64,000 nt of DNA from Acidobacteriota bacterium. GTDB taxonomy: Bacteria > Acidobacteriota > Thermoanaerobaculia > Gp7-AA8. The DNA lies in assembly GCA_019244185.1 (NCBI GenBank), contig JAFATB010000020.1:32001-96000 (forward strand), read 5' to 3'. This document shows positions 40,471 to 49,193 of the stretch, one piece after another. The notes beneath the pieces are model-generated. The model did not search any database and was not told where the DNA came from. It was given only the letters and a program-made list of their open reading frames with translations. The stretch's first letter is position 1. Every line of letters begins with the position of its first letter. The position numbers and the translations under genes were made by a program.

Positions 40471-40754
40471 ACCTCAGCCTCTCTCCCGAAGCCTCCGAGC
40501 ACCTCGGCCGCGATCTCGACGGCCGCGTGCTGCGCATTGCGTTCACCACCGGCTGCGGCGGCTCCGGCTATCGTCTGAGCTACGCGTCCGAGCCCGCGAC
40601 CGACGACGAGATCGTGCAACTCGACGGCGTCACCGTCGCGCTCGACAGCATGGCCGCGTCGCGACTCGATGGCGCCGTGATCGAATACGACGACGCCGAA
40701 GATGGTTATCTGCTCCAACATCCGGACGCGGTCACGGCGGTCTGGTGCGGTTAA
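40467..40754 (+). CDS. HesB/IscA-like Fe-S carrier-fold protein
   Basis: LRIAFTTGCGGSGYRL, DEIVQLDGVTVALD, LDGAVIEY; ends in WCG. Confidence 0.75.
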   Translation: MNLSLSPEASEHLGRDLDGRVLRIAFTTGCGGSGYRLSYASEPATDDEIVQLDGVTVALDSMAASRLDGAVIEYDDAEDGYLLQHPDAVTAVWCG

Positions 40755-40760
40755 CCCACA

Positions 40761-41381
40761 ATGAACATTCTTTCCCTCGGAGACTCTCTCGCCTACGGCG
40801 CGGGTGACGAGCGCGGCCTCGGCATTCCGGGCCGCCTCGTGAGCGCGCTTCGCGCCCGCGACATCAACGACGCGCGCGCCGTCAACCTCGCGGTCAGCGG
40901 CGCGCAGACCAGCGATCTGATGGCGCGCATGCAGCAGCCGCACGTGCAGCACGAGATCGCCGCCGCCGACGTCATCATCCTGTCGATCGGCGCGAACGAT
41001 CTCTTCCGCTGGAATCAGTCGCGCGAAGAAATCATGCGCGAGCCGCTCGCCGTCGCGGAGTTCATCCTCGGCCGCATCGTGACGATCGTCGCGCAGTTGC
41101 AGGAGCTGAATCCCGACGCGCGCCTGCTGCTCCTCGGCGGCTACAACCCGATCCCGCGCCACGAGTGGGGACCGCTCATCGAGCGCTACATGGGCTTCTG
41201 GGACGAGACGCTGGCCGGCACGTTCGCGCACGACGAGCGCATCTCGGTCGTGAAGATGAGCGATCTCATCAGCGAGCGGCATCTCAGCCGCCACGACAAC
41301 TTCCATCCCGGCGGCACCGCGTACGAAGCCGTCGCGGCGCGCATCGCCGAGATGCTGCTCAGCGAGGAAACGGCGGCGTAA
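40761..41381 (+). CDS. SGNH/GDSL hydrolase
   Basis: LGDSLAYG, NLAVSG, IGAND, DNFHP. Confidence 0.92.
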   Translation: MNILSLGDSLAYGAGDERGLGIPGRLVSALRARDINDARAVNLAVSGAQTSDLMARMQQPHVQHEIAAADVIILSIGANDLFRWNQSREEIMREPLAVAEFILGRIVTIVAQLQELNPDARLLLLGGYNPIPRHEWGPLIERYMGFWDETLAGTFAHDERISVVKMSDLISERHLSRHDNFHPGGTAYEAVAARIAEMLLSEETAA

Positions 41382-41436
41382 TAAGCTTGACCCAACTGGC
41401 GTGACGACCTTGCCGTAACGCCACCTTGTTGTTGCG

Positions 41437-41454
41437 TGTACATACGCATGTGCA
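41437..41454. promoter_or_regulatory. Imperfect palindrome upstream of the TA pair, possible autoregulatory operator
   Basis: tgtacatacgcatgtgca, 14/18 self-complementary, 12 nt before toxin GTG. Confidence 0.3.
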
Positions 41455-41466
41455 TACGCTGCGCTC

Positions 41467-41742
41467 GTGACGAAGTACGAGTGGGATTCAGCGAAAGCCG
41501 CCTCGAATCTGCGCAAACACGGCGTGGGCTTTGCCGATGCGGTCGGTGTCTTCGAGGACGACCGCGCGTTGACAATCGACGACACGACCAGAGACGAGGA
41601 ACGCTTCAAGACACTTGGCTCCGACTTCCTGGGTCGATTGCTGGTGGTGGCGTACACCCTATCGCGGTGATCGAATCCGCTTGATCTCGGCACGTAAGCG
41701 ACCGCTCCACAACGTGACGTTTATGAAAGCAAGAGACGATGA
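41467..41742 (+). pseudogene. brnT: BrnT-family toxin, frameshifted
   Basis: YEWDSAKAASNLRKHGVGFADA..EERFKTLG..LLVVAYT then stop at 41670; RGDRIRLISARK continues in another frame. Confidence 0.8.
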
Positions 41743-41999
41743 AGAAGACTGACGACTTTTCAAAAGGCAAGCGCGGCGCGGTCGCAGCTGCTGCGACCGG
41801 CAAGTCGCGGATCACGATTCGGATTGATGACGATATCCTCGCGTGGTTTCGCGATCGGGTGAATGCTTCGGGTGGTGGAAATTACCAGACCATGATCAAC
41901 GCCGCGTTACGCGAATACATCGCAAACCGCACGACACCACTCGAGAAAACTCTGCGGCGCGTCATTCGTGAAGAACTGCGAAAGCGCGGAGCCGCATAG
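41739..41999 (+). CDS. brnA: BrnA-family antitoxin
   Basis: DFSKGKRG, KSRITIRIDDDILAWFR, NYQTMINAALREY. Confidence 0.9.
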   Translation: MKKTDDFSKGKRGAVAAAATGKSRITIRIDDDILAWFRDRVNASGGGNYQTMINAALREYIANRTTPLEKTLRRVIREELRKRGAA

Positions 42000-42029
42000 G
42001 TTGCAGCAACAGGTCTCCTGAGCGCCCCC

Positions 42030-43058
42030 TCACTCCCGCAGCGTCCGCGCGTACTCGACGGCGTGGTACGTGATGATGAGGTCCGCACCCGCGCGCTTGA
42101 TCGACGTCAGGATTTCCTGCGTCACGCGCGGTCCGTCGATCCAGCCGCGTTCCGCGGCCGCCTTCACCATCGAGTACTCGCCGCTCACGTTGTACGCCGC
42201 GATCGGCAGCGGGAACTGGTCCCGCGACTGGCGGATGATGTCGAGATATGACAGCGCGGGCTTGACCATGATGATGTCCGCGCCTTCCTCGACGTCGAGC
42301 TGCATCTCGTGCAGCGCCTCGCGCGCGTTCGCCGGATCCATCTGATACGTGCGGCGGTCGCCGAACTGCGGCGCCGACTCCGCGGCCTCGCGGAACGGCC
42401 CGTAGAACCCCGACGCGAACTTCGCCGAGTACGCCATGATTCCGACCTCGGACAACCCGCGTTCGTCGAGCGCGCGGCGGATCGCGCCGATGCGGCCGTC
42501 CATCATGTCCGACGGCGCGACGAAATCCGCGCCCGCGGCCGCGAACGAGATGGCCTGCTTCATCAAGAGCGGCAGCGTCTGATCGTTGTCGACGTCCTTC
42601 ACGCCGTTGCGCTCGACGATCACGCCGCAGTGGCCGTGGTCCGTGTACTCGCACAAGCAAACGTCCGCCATCACCGTCATGGCCGGCACGCTACGCTTGA
42701 TCGCCTCGGTGGCCTGCTGCACGGGACCGGACGGATCCCACGACGACGAGCCGATGCCGTCTTTGAATTCGGGAAGTCCGAAGAGCAGCACCGCGCGCAC
42801 GCCGAGGTCGTAGGCGCGCTTCGCTTCGTCGACGGCCTCGCGGACGCGGAGCTGTTCGACGCCGGGCATCGAGCCGATCGGCGCGCGCGCGCGGCTGTTC
42901 GGGACGACGAACAGCGGATAGATGAGGTCTTCGGCGCGCACGACCGTCTCGCGCACGAGCGCGCGGATGCCGTCGCTGCGGCGCAGGCGGCGCGGACGCC
43001 GCGTCAGCGTCTCCTTCGCCGCGATCTCATTCGTCGGACTCAGCGTCTTCGTCGTCAT
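42030..43058 (-). CDS. hemB: Porphobilinogen synthase
   Basis: RPRRLR, DVCLCEYTDHGHCG, APSDMMDGR, FYGPFREA, MVKPA, YNVSGEY. Confidence 0.97.
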   Translation of the reverse strand: MTTKTLSPTNEIAAKETLTRRPRRLRRSDGIRALVRETVVRAEDLIYPLFVVPNSRARAPIGSMPGVEQLRVREAVDEAKRAYDLGVRAVLLFGLPEFKDGIGSSSWDPSGPVQQATEAIKRSVPAMTVMADVCLCEYTDHGHCGVIVERNGVKDVDNDQTLPLLMKQAISFAAAGADFVAPSDMMDGRIGAIRRALDERGLSEVGIMAYSAKFASGFYGPFREAAESAPQFGDRRTYQMDPANAREALHEMQLDVEEGADIIMVKPALSYLDIIRQSRDQFPLPIAAYNVSGEYSMVKAAAERGWIDGPRVTQEILTSIKRAGADLIITYHAVEYARTLRE

Positions 43059-43239
43059 CAGGTTCTCCGGAGAAATAGTAGGCGCGCGCGCATTCGGGCG
43101 AGCAGAAGCGGCGCCCGTGTCCCGCGCGATGCGCGCAGTCGGAACAGAAGTGGCGGTTGCAGATGGTGCACAGCTCGAGACGCGCCGTCTCCTCCGACTC
43201 GCCGCATCCCACGCAAACGCGATCGGGACTCTCGGTCAT
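43027..43239 (-). CDS. Small Cys-rich zinc-finger-like protein with acidic tail
   Basis: CVGC, CTIC, FCSDC, FCSPEC in 70 aa. Confidence 0.7.
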   Translation of the reverse strand: MTESPDRVCVGCGESEETARLELCTICNRHFCSDCAHRAGHGRRFCSPECARAYYFSGEPDDDEDAESDE

Positions 43240-43264
43240 TGCGCCAGCAGTGTACCGCCGTGCG

Positions 43265-45196
43265 TCATTGCCAGCCCGCGGCCTTGAGCCGGCTCAGCGC
43301 GCCGCGGTGGCTCGGGTTGAAGCGCAGCGCCTCGCGCAGCTCCTCGCGCGCGGCGTCGAGGTTGCCGCGGCGCGCGTCGAGATCGGCGCGGAAGACGAGC
43401 GCGTCGGGCACGTACGGCGCGAGCGCGAGCGCGGTGTCGATCTCGCGCGTGGCGGTGTCGTAGTCGCCGCGATTCGCGGCGTTGATGCTGAGCATCACGT
43501 GCGGACGGAAGAGATCGTGCGTCGTCGGATCGCTGGCCAGCTGCGAGAGCGCGCGTTCGCCGCGCCCGTCGTGCATGCTCGCCAGCGCGAGCGCGGCGTT
43601 CTGCCGCACCTGCAGCGACGGATCGTTGAGGAAGCGCGCGAGCGCATCGGCGGACGAACGCGCGTCGGCGTATCCGAGGGCTTCGATGAAGCGCGAGCGG
43701 ACGAGCGCGTCGCGGTCGGGCAGCAGCGGCGTGAGGATGCTCGCGGCGTCGTGCGGGAAACGCTGCGCGAGCAGCAGCGCCAGCGCGCCGCGCAGCGTCG
43801 GCGCCTCGTGCGTGTCGCGGACGACGGCGGTGAGCGCGGGAAGACTCTGCGCAGACGTCTTCTCGTCGATCGCGTCGGCGAGCTGAGCGCGGCGCTGCTG
43901 CCGTCGCGCGGCATCCGGCCACCAGCGCGTGAGGTCGATCGCAATCGTCGTCGCCGGGCGATCGGCGTGGCAGACGCCGCACGCGTTCGGGATGTTGTGC
44001 TTCAACGTGTTCGTCGCATTCGGCACATCGATGGTGTGGTCGGCGAACTTGTCGAGCACGCCGCTGACGACCGGCGGCATGTGACAGGCGACGCACGTCG
44101 CCTGCGGCGATGCGTGATGCGTGTGCGCCGCGCCCTGCGCGACGACGTTCGCGTGGCACTTGCGGCACGATGCGTTCGCGTCGCCGGCGATCTCGTTCGC
44201 GACGTGGCGGTCATGCGGCGCGGTGTGACACGTGAGGCACGTCGCGCCGCCGATGAGATGACAGCGCGACTGCAGCAGCGCCTGATACTCGAAGCTCGAG
44301 CTGCTCGGACGGCCGTCGGCGAAGTACTCGCCGCTGCGCTCACGTCCGTCGACGACGACCAGCGCCTGATAGCGGTCGTCGTAGCGCTGGCCCGGACGGA
44401 AGCGCTGCTTCGTATCGAGCATCGGGAAGAGCGGTTCGCGGGGTCCGTGGCATTGCCCGCAGATCGCGAGCTCGACGTCCGCGTTCACTTCGCCGGGATG
44501 CACGATGTCGCGCGCGAGCTTCGTCTTCGCGTGCAGCGCGCCGGGACCGTGGCACGACTCGCACGCCACGCCCGCATCGACGAACGACGTCGACCAGCGC
44601 TTCGACGGGCGGTCATAGTGCACGTCGACGCCGGTGGCGTGGCAGTCGAGGCATTCCTTGTTCGCCGTGCGGCGGAAGTTCATCCAAAAGTACGGATGAT
44701 CCGGCGCGACGACGCCCTGCTTCGCCTCGTTGTAGTCGACCCACGCGCCGCCGCCGGTGACGTGATAGTAGACCGGCAGCACCTGCCAGCGTCCGTCGCC
44801 GAAGACCGTGACGGAGTCCTGCATGCGCTTGCCGCCGATGACCCACGAGACCGGATAGTCCGCTAGTTGACCTTCGCGGTCGCGCGTGCGCATGACGTAC
44901 TCGCCGCCGCGGCGATCCATCCACGCCTCGCTCGACGGCCCCTGAAAATGCGCGGCGTCGAAGCGGCCGGCCACGTAGTTCGCGGTGGCGCGGCTGAGCG
45001 CGCGCGCGTGCCAGTCTTGCGTCCAGTGCTCGTACTTTTTCGCGTGGCAGTCGCGGCAGGCGGCGGAGCCGATGTACGCGTCGCGCGGCGGCAGCGCCGC
45101 CGTCGCGGAGAGCGCCGCGGACTCATGCTTCCGGCAGGCCGTGAGGAGGAAGCCGAGGAGAACGAGAGCCGGGAGGAGAGCGCGGCGCGGGGGCAT
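43265..45196 (-). CDS. Multiheme c-type cytochrome lipoprotein with HEAT and TPR repeats
   Basis: Lipobox LTAC; 8 CxxCH motifs (CRDCH, CLDCH, CESCH, CGQCH, CLTCH, CRKCH, CVACH, CGVCH); HEAT-like DRDALVR/DPSLQVR; start reassigned to ATG 45196. Confidence 0.9.
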   Translation of the reverse strand: MPPRRALLPALVLLGFLLTACRKHESAALSATAALPPRDAYIGSAACRDCHAKKYEHWTQDWHARALSRATANYVAGRFDAAHFQGPSSEAWMDRRGGEYVMRTRDREGQLADYPVSWVIGGKRMQDSVTVFGDGRWQVLPVYYHVTGGGAWVDYNEAKQGVVAPDHPYFWMNFRRTANKECLDCHATGVDVHYDRPSKRWSTSFVDAGVACESCHGPGALHAKTKLARDIVHPGEVNADVELAICGQCHGPREPLFPMLDTKQRFRPGQRYDDRYQALVVVDGRERSGEYFADGRPSSSSFEYQALLQSRCHLIGGATCLTCHTAPHDRHVANEIAGDANASCRKCHANVVAQGAAHTHHASPQATCVACHMPPVVSGVLDKFADHTIDVPNATNTLKHNIPNACGVCHADRPATTIAIDLTRWWPDAARRQQRRAQLADAIDEKTSAQSLPALTAVVRDTHEAPTLRGALALLLAQRFPHDAASILTPLLPDRDALVRSRFIEALGYADARSSADALARFLNDPSLQVRQNAALALASMHDGRGERALSQLASDPTTHDLFRPHVMLSINAANRGDYDTATREIDTALALAPYVPDALVFRADLDARRGNLDAAREELREALRFNPSHRGALSRLKAAGWQ

Positions 45197-45259
45197 GCGG
45201 TCGGCGCAGTGTAGCCGACGCGGCCATTGCCGCACAGCGATGCTAGGATCGCCGTCCTT

Positions 45260-47182
45260 ATGCAATTCAATCTGAACGGAATCGTCCGCTCTGGTGGCAC
45301 GCCCGAGGCCGGCTCGCCCGCAAACCCGTTTCGTCCCACCTACGTGCCGCTCGCCGGCGCGAAGGTCGAGCTCCGCGACGCCGGGCTCTCGGCGGCGATC
45401 GACCAGACGACGGCCGGCAGCGACGGCACATTCAAGCTGCAGGCGTTTCACTATGGCGCCAACGCGATCTACTACGTCGTGGCGAAGGTGAGCGACGAGG
45501 TCGTGCTGATGGCCGTCATCGGCCAGGCGCTGTGGGTCACCGAGATCGTGGTCAACGAGTTGACCACCGTGGCCGCGGTCTACTCGCTCGCGCAGTTCTT
45601 CAACGCGCAGCAGCTGGTCGAAGGCCCGAGGTTCGGCCTGCGCATCGCCGCGCTGATGAACACGAACATCGCCGAGGTGCGCAGCGGCCAGTCGTCGGAC
45701 GTCCTGGCCAAGCCGCCCAACCATGACCAGACCAACGCGTGGCGCCTCTCGCACTCGCTCGCGAATCTGCTCCTGACCTGCGTGCGCGATCCGCAGACGG
45801 CCTGCTCCGCGCTGTTCGACGCCACCACCTCGCCGAGCGGCGTGCGTCCGGCGAACACGATCGAGGCGATGCTGAACATCGTGCGCTACCCCGCCAACAA
45901 CGTGCACACCATCTACGGCCAGGCGCTCGCCGCCGACGTCTACCGGCCGCCGCTCGAGAACGAGCCCGACGCGTGGACGCTCGCCGTTAAAGTGAACGAC
46001 TCCGGCAACAACGACATGATGTTCGGCGGCCCCGGCAACATCACCTTCGACCGCTACGGCCGCGCGTGGATCCCGAACAACGTCGTGCAGGGACATCCGT
46101 ACTCGTGCGACTGGGCGATCCTGCTCGATCCCGCGGGACGCCCCGCGGTCGGCGAAGACCAGAAGCTGCTCTCCCCCATCACCGGCGGCGGCATCATCGG
46201 TGGCGGCTTCGGCGTCGCCATCGACTCGAGCGATCACGTCTGGCTCGGCAACTTCGGCTGGGGCGGCGAGGATTACTACCCTCCGCAATGCGTGTCGCAG
46301 CTCGAGCTCGACACCACTCCCATCACGCCGGACGGCACGGGCGGCGCGGATCGCGTGCAGGGCACGGTCGTCGATCCGGCGACCGACCACGTCTGGTTCG
46401 CCGGCTTTCAGAGCCACACCGTCTTCGTCTACCTCCGCGGCTCGTCGACCAACGTCGCCCGCTACGATCCGCACGACGAGAACTTCGTTCCGTTCGGGAT
46501 CGCCATCGCCGCCGACGGCACGGCGTGGGTCACGTGCACGAAGCCGTCGAACGCGCAGCTCGTGCATCTGCAGATCAACGGCTTGAACATCAATCCCATC
46601 GGTGACCCGATCCCCGTCGGCGCGCAGAACAAAGGCGTGGTCATCGACTCGGCGGGCAACATCTGGATGGCCGCGGCGTCCGACGAGGAGAGCAAGGATC
46701 TGGTCTATCTCTTCGCCTCCGACGGCACGCAGCGCGGTGCCTTCTCCGGCGGCGGCATGCACGGACCGTGGGGCCTCGCGCTCGACGGCGCCGACAATCT
46801 CTGGGTCGGCAACTTCGGCTCGATGGTGCCCGGAAACGTGTTCGAAGGACGCCTCGCGGGATTCACCGCCGCGACGTCCGCCAATCCCGGCCAGCCGCTG
46901 ACGCCGTCGACCGGCTACACGCTCCCGAGCGCCGGCATGCCGGTGCGGCTCGCGAACCACGAGCTGCTCTACGGCAAAGAGAGCGACCCGACGTACATCC
47001 CGATGATGCGCACGACCGGCCTGCAGGTCGACGCCGCGGGCAACGTCTGGACGTGCAACAACTGGAAGCCGAACTTCACCGAGGACTTCGAACATGGCGG
47101 CTCGACCGGCAACTCCGGCGGCGACGGCATCGTGATCTTCGTCGGCATCGCCGTGCCGGTCATTCCGAAAGGCGCCGCATGA
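45260..47182 (+). CDS. NHL-repeat beta-propeller protein
   Basis: GPGNITFDRYGRAWI, GVAIDSSDHVWLGN, GVVIDSAGNIW, GPWGLALDGADNLWVGN, GLQVDAAGNVW. Confidence 0.85.
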   Translation: MQFNLNGIVRSGGTPEAGSPANPFRPTYVPLAGAKVELRDAGLSAAIDQTTAGSDGTFKLQAFHYGANAIYYVVAKVSDEVVLMAVIGQALWVTEIVVNELTTVAAVYSLAQFFNAQQLVEGPRFGLRIAALMNTNIAEVRSGQSSDVLAKPPNHDQTNAWRLSHSLANLLLTCVRDPQTACSALFDATTSPSGVRPANTIEAMLNIVRYPANNVHTIYGQALAADVYRPPLENEPDAWTLAVKVNDSGNNDMMFGGPGNITFDRYGRAWIPNNVVQGHPYSCDWAILLDPAGRPAVGEDQKLLSPITGGGIIGGGFGVAIDSSDHVWLGNFGWGGEDYYPPQCVSQLELDTTPITPDGTGGADRVQGTVVDPATDHVWFAGFQSHTVFVYLRGSSTNVARYDPHDENFVPFGIAIAADGTAWVTCTKPSNAQLVHLQINGLNINPIGDPIPVGAQNKGVVIDSAGNIWMAAASDEESKDLVYLFASDGTQRGAFSGGGMHGPWGLALDGADNLWVGNFGSMVPGNVFEGRLAGFTAATSANPGQPLTPSTGYTLPSAGMPVRLANHELLYGKESDPTYIPMMRTTGLQVDAAGNVWTCNNWKPNFTEDFEHGGSTGNSGGDGIVIFVGIAVPVIPKGAA

Positions 47183-48009
47183 CCACGCCGCTGCCGCCGA
47201 TCGCCGCGGTGACGACGATCGACGAGGTCATCGCCTCGATCCAGTCGATCATCGACTGGAGCATCGCCAACGCGAGCCGCCTCGGATACTTCGCCGCGCT
47301 CTACAAGCGCATCACGCTTGCGATTCGCAACGGCATCCAGAGCGGTCTCTTCGATGACGGTCCGCGCATGGAGCGCTTCGACGTCACGTTCGCGAGCCGC
47401 TACTTCGCCGCGCTCAACGCGTACTTTTACCCCGCGCAGTACCCGCCGATCTCGCATTGCTGGCGCATCGCGTTCGACGGCGCGCAGCAGCCCGCGCCGA
47501 TCCTCGTGCAGCACATGCTCGCCGGCATCAATGCGCACATCGATCTCGACCTCGGCATCGCCGCCGAAGTCGTCGCGCCCGGCGCGCTGCTCCCGTCGCT
47601 GCATCACGACTTCAACACCGTCAACGCCGTGCTCGCGAGCCAGACCTCGACCGTCGTCGACGAGATCGACTCGCTCTCGCCGGTGCTCGCGGAGCTCTAC
47701 GATCTGCTGATGAAGTACGAGCTCGATCTCATCGCCGACGGACTCGTCGTCGTGCGCGATGCGGCGTGGGACTTCGCGAAGCTGCTCGCGTTCGAGCCGG
47801 CGATCCTGCATCCCGCGTCGATCTCGCTGCACGATCTCGAGGTCGCGCAGCTCGGCGCGCTGATCCTGCATCCGCCCGCGCTGCTCGCGAACATCGTCGC
47901 GGCGATCGCCTCGCAGGAGAGCCGCGACATCGTCAAGAACATCCAGACGCTCGACGGCATCGCCAACCATCCCGCGCCGATGACGAAAGCCGCGGCGGCG
48001 AAGATCTAG
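47179..48009 (+). CDS. DUF5995-like hypothetical protein
   Basis: LGYFAALY.RIT, RMERFDVTFASRY, QHMLAGINAHIDLDL, DFNTVN. Confidence 0.75.
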   Translation: MTTPLPPIAAVTTIDEVIASIQSIIDWSIANASRLGYFAALYKRITLAIRNGIQSGLFDDGPRMERFDVTFASRYFAALNAYFYPAQYPPISHCWRIAFDGAQQPAPILVQHMLAGINAHIDLDLGIAAEVVAPGALLPSLHHDFNTVNAVLASQTSTVVDEIDSLSPVLAELYDLLMKYELDLIADGLVVVRDAAWDFAKLLAFEPAILHPASISLHDLEVAQLGALILHPPALLANIVAAIASQESRDIVKNIQTLDGIANHPAPMTKAAAAKI

Positions 48010-48060
48010 CTCACCGCGCGGCGCCACGCGCCGGTCTCAAATCGTGCAGAATCGCCGCGC

Positions 48061-48981
48061 ATGAGCATTCTCGATGCGATCGGCAACACGTCTCTCGTCC
48101 GCTTGCGCCACGTCGTGCCGCCGCATTGCGCGGACGTCTTCGTGAAGCTCGAATGGGAGAACCCGACCGGCAGCATGAAGGACCGCATGGCGCAGGCGGT
48201 CATCACGCGCGCGGAAGCGGACGGACGCTTGCAGCCCGGCGACACGGTGGTCGAGTACACCGGCGGCAGCACCGGCACGTCGCTCGCGCTCGTCTGCGCC
48301 GCGAAGGGTTACCCTATCCGCATCGTCACCTCCGACGCCTTCAGCAAGGAGAAGCGCGACCACATGGCCGCCCTCGGCGCCGAGCTCACGCTCGTCCCGA
48401 GCGAAGGCGGCCTCACGACGAAGAAGCTCATCCTCGACATGATCGAGACCGCGCGCGCGATCAGCCGCGAGCCGCGCACGTACTGGACGAATCAGCTCGA
48501 GAACCACGACAGCATCGCCGGCTATCACGCCGTCGGCGAAGAGATCTGGAAGCAAACTGAAGGTCGCGTCGACGCGTTCGTGCAATCCGTCGGAACCGCT
48601 GCGTCGCTGCGCGGCGTGGCCGCGGTGCTCAAGCGACACAACGCGTCCACGCAAATCGTCGCCGTCGAGCCTGCGGAATCCGCCGTGCTGCGCGGCGGCC
48701 CACCCGGTCCGCACAAAATCGAAGGCGTCGGCATCGGCTACACGCCGCCGCTGTGGGAACCATCGGAAGTCGACGAGATCCTCGCCGTCCCCACGGCGGA
48801 TGCGAAAGCGATGGCCCGCCGTCTCGCCCGCGAAGAAGCGCTTTTCGCCGGAACGTCGTCCGGCGCGAACGTCATCGCCGCGATCGAAGTGGCCGCGAAG
48901 CTCGGCCCGGGCAAGACGGTGGTCACGCTGATGGTGGACTCGGGACTCAAGTACCTGAGCACGGACGTGTTTGGGAGATGA
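48061..48981 (+). CDS. cysK: Cysteine synthase family PLP enzyme
   Basis: IGNTSLV, KLEWENPTGSMKDR, GTAASL, HKIEGVG, GTSSGAN, DSGLKYLST. Confidence 0.85.
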   Translation: MSILDAIGNTSLVRLRHVVPPHCADVFVKLEWENPTGSMKDRMAQAVITRAEADGRLQPGDTVVEYTGGSTGTSLALVCAAKGYPIRIVTSDAFSKEKRDHMAALGAELTLVPSEGGLTTKKLILDMIETARAISREPRTYWTNQLENHDSIAGYHAVGEEIWKQTEGRVDAFVQSVGTAASLRGVAAVLKRHNASTQIVAVEPAESAVLRGGPPGPHKIEGVGIGYTPPLWEPSEVDEILAVPTADAKAMARRLAREEALFAGTSSGANVIAAIEVAAKLGPGKTVVTLMVDSGLKYLSTDVFGR

Positions 48982-48988
48982 CGCGATG

Positions 48989-49010
48989 CAGCCGGCGCTT
49001 CGCGCGGCTG
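48989..49010. terminator. Hairpin between convergent cysK and tRNA
   Basis: cagccg-gcgc-ttc-gcgc-ggctg stem-loop; no clear U tract. Confidence 0.35.
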
Positions 49011-49016
49011 ATCGAG

Positions 49017-49093
49017 TGGTGGCGGTGACTGGAGTCGAACCAGTGACCTAGCGCTTATGAGACGCCCGCTCTAACCATCTGAGCTACACCGCC
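49017..49093 (-). tRNA. tRNA with CAT anticodon, most likely elongator tRNA-Met
   Basis: GGCGGTG-TAGCTCAGATGGTTAGAGC-G-GGCGT-CTCATAA-GCGCT-AGGTC-ACTGG-TTCGACT-CCAGT-CACCGCC-A-CCA; G1-C72 paired so not initiator. Confidence 0.95.
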
Positions 49094-49193
49094 ATTCAGG
49101 TGGGACCGGCATTGTAGGAACGGCTGCCGGGACCGTCAAGCAGCTCTCAACCGGCGGCCCGCGGGGAACATTTCGGAGCCATACTTCGGCTCG

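Noticed and set aside
45197-47095. Long N-terminal extension of the cytochrome ORF (1276 aa)
   Set aside because: Antisense to the NHL gene; lipoprotein signal marks the true start at 45196
45200-49093. tRNA-anchored integrative element
   Set aside because: No integrase and no duplicated tRNA 3' end noticed by eye
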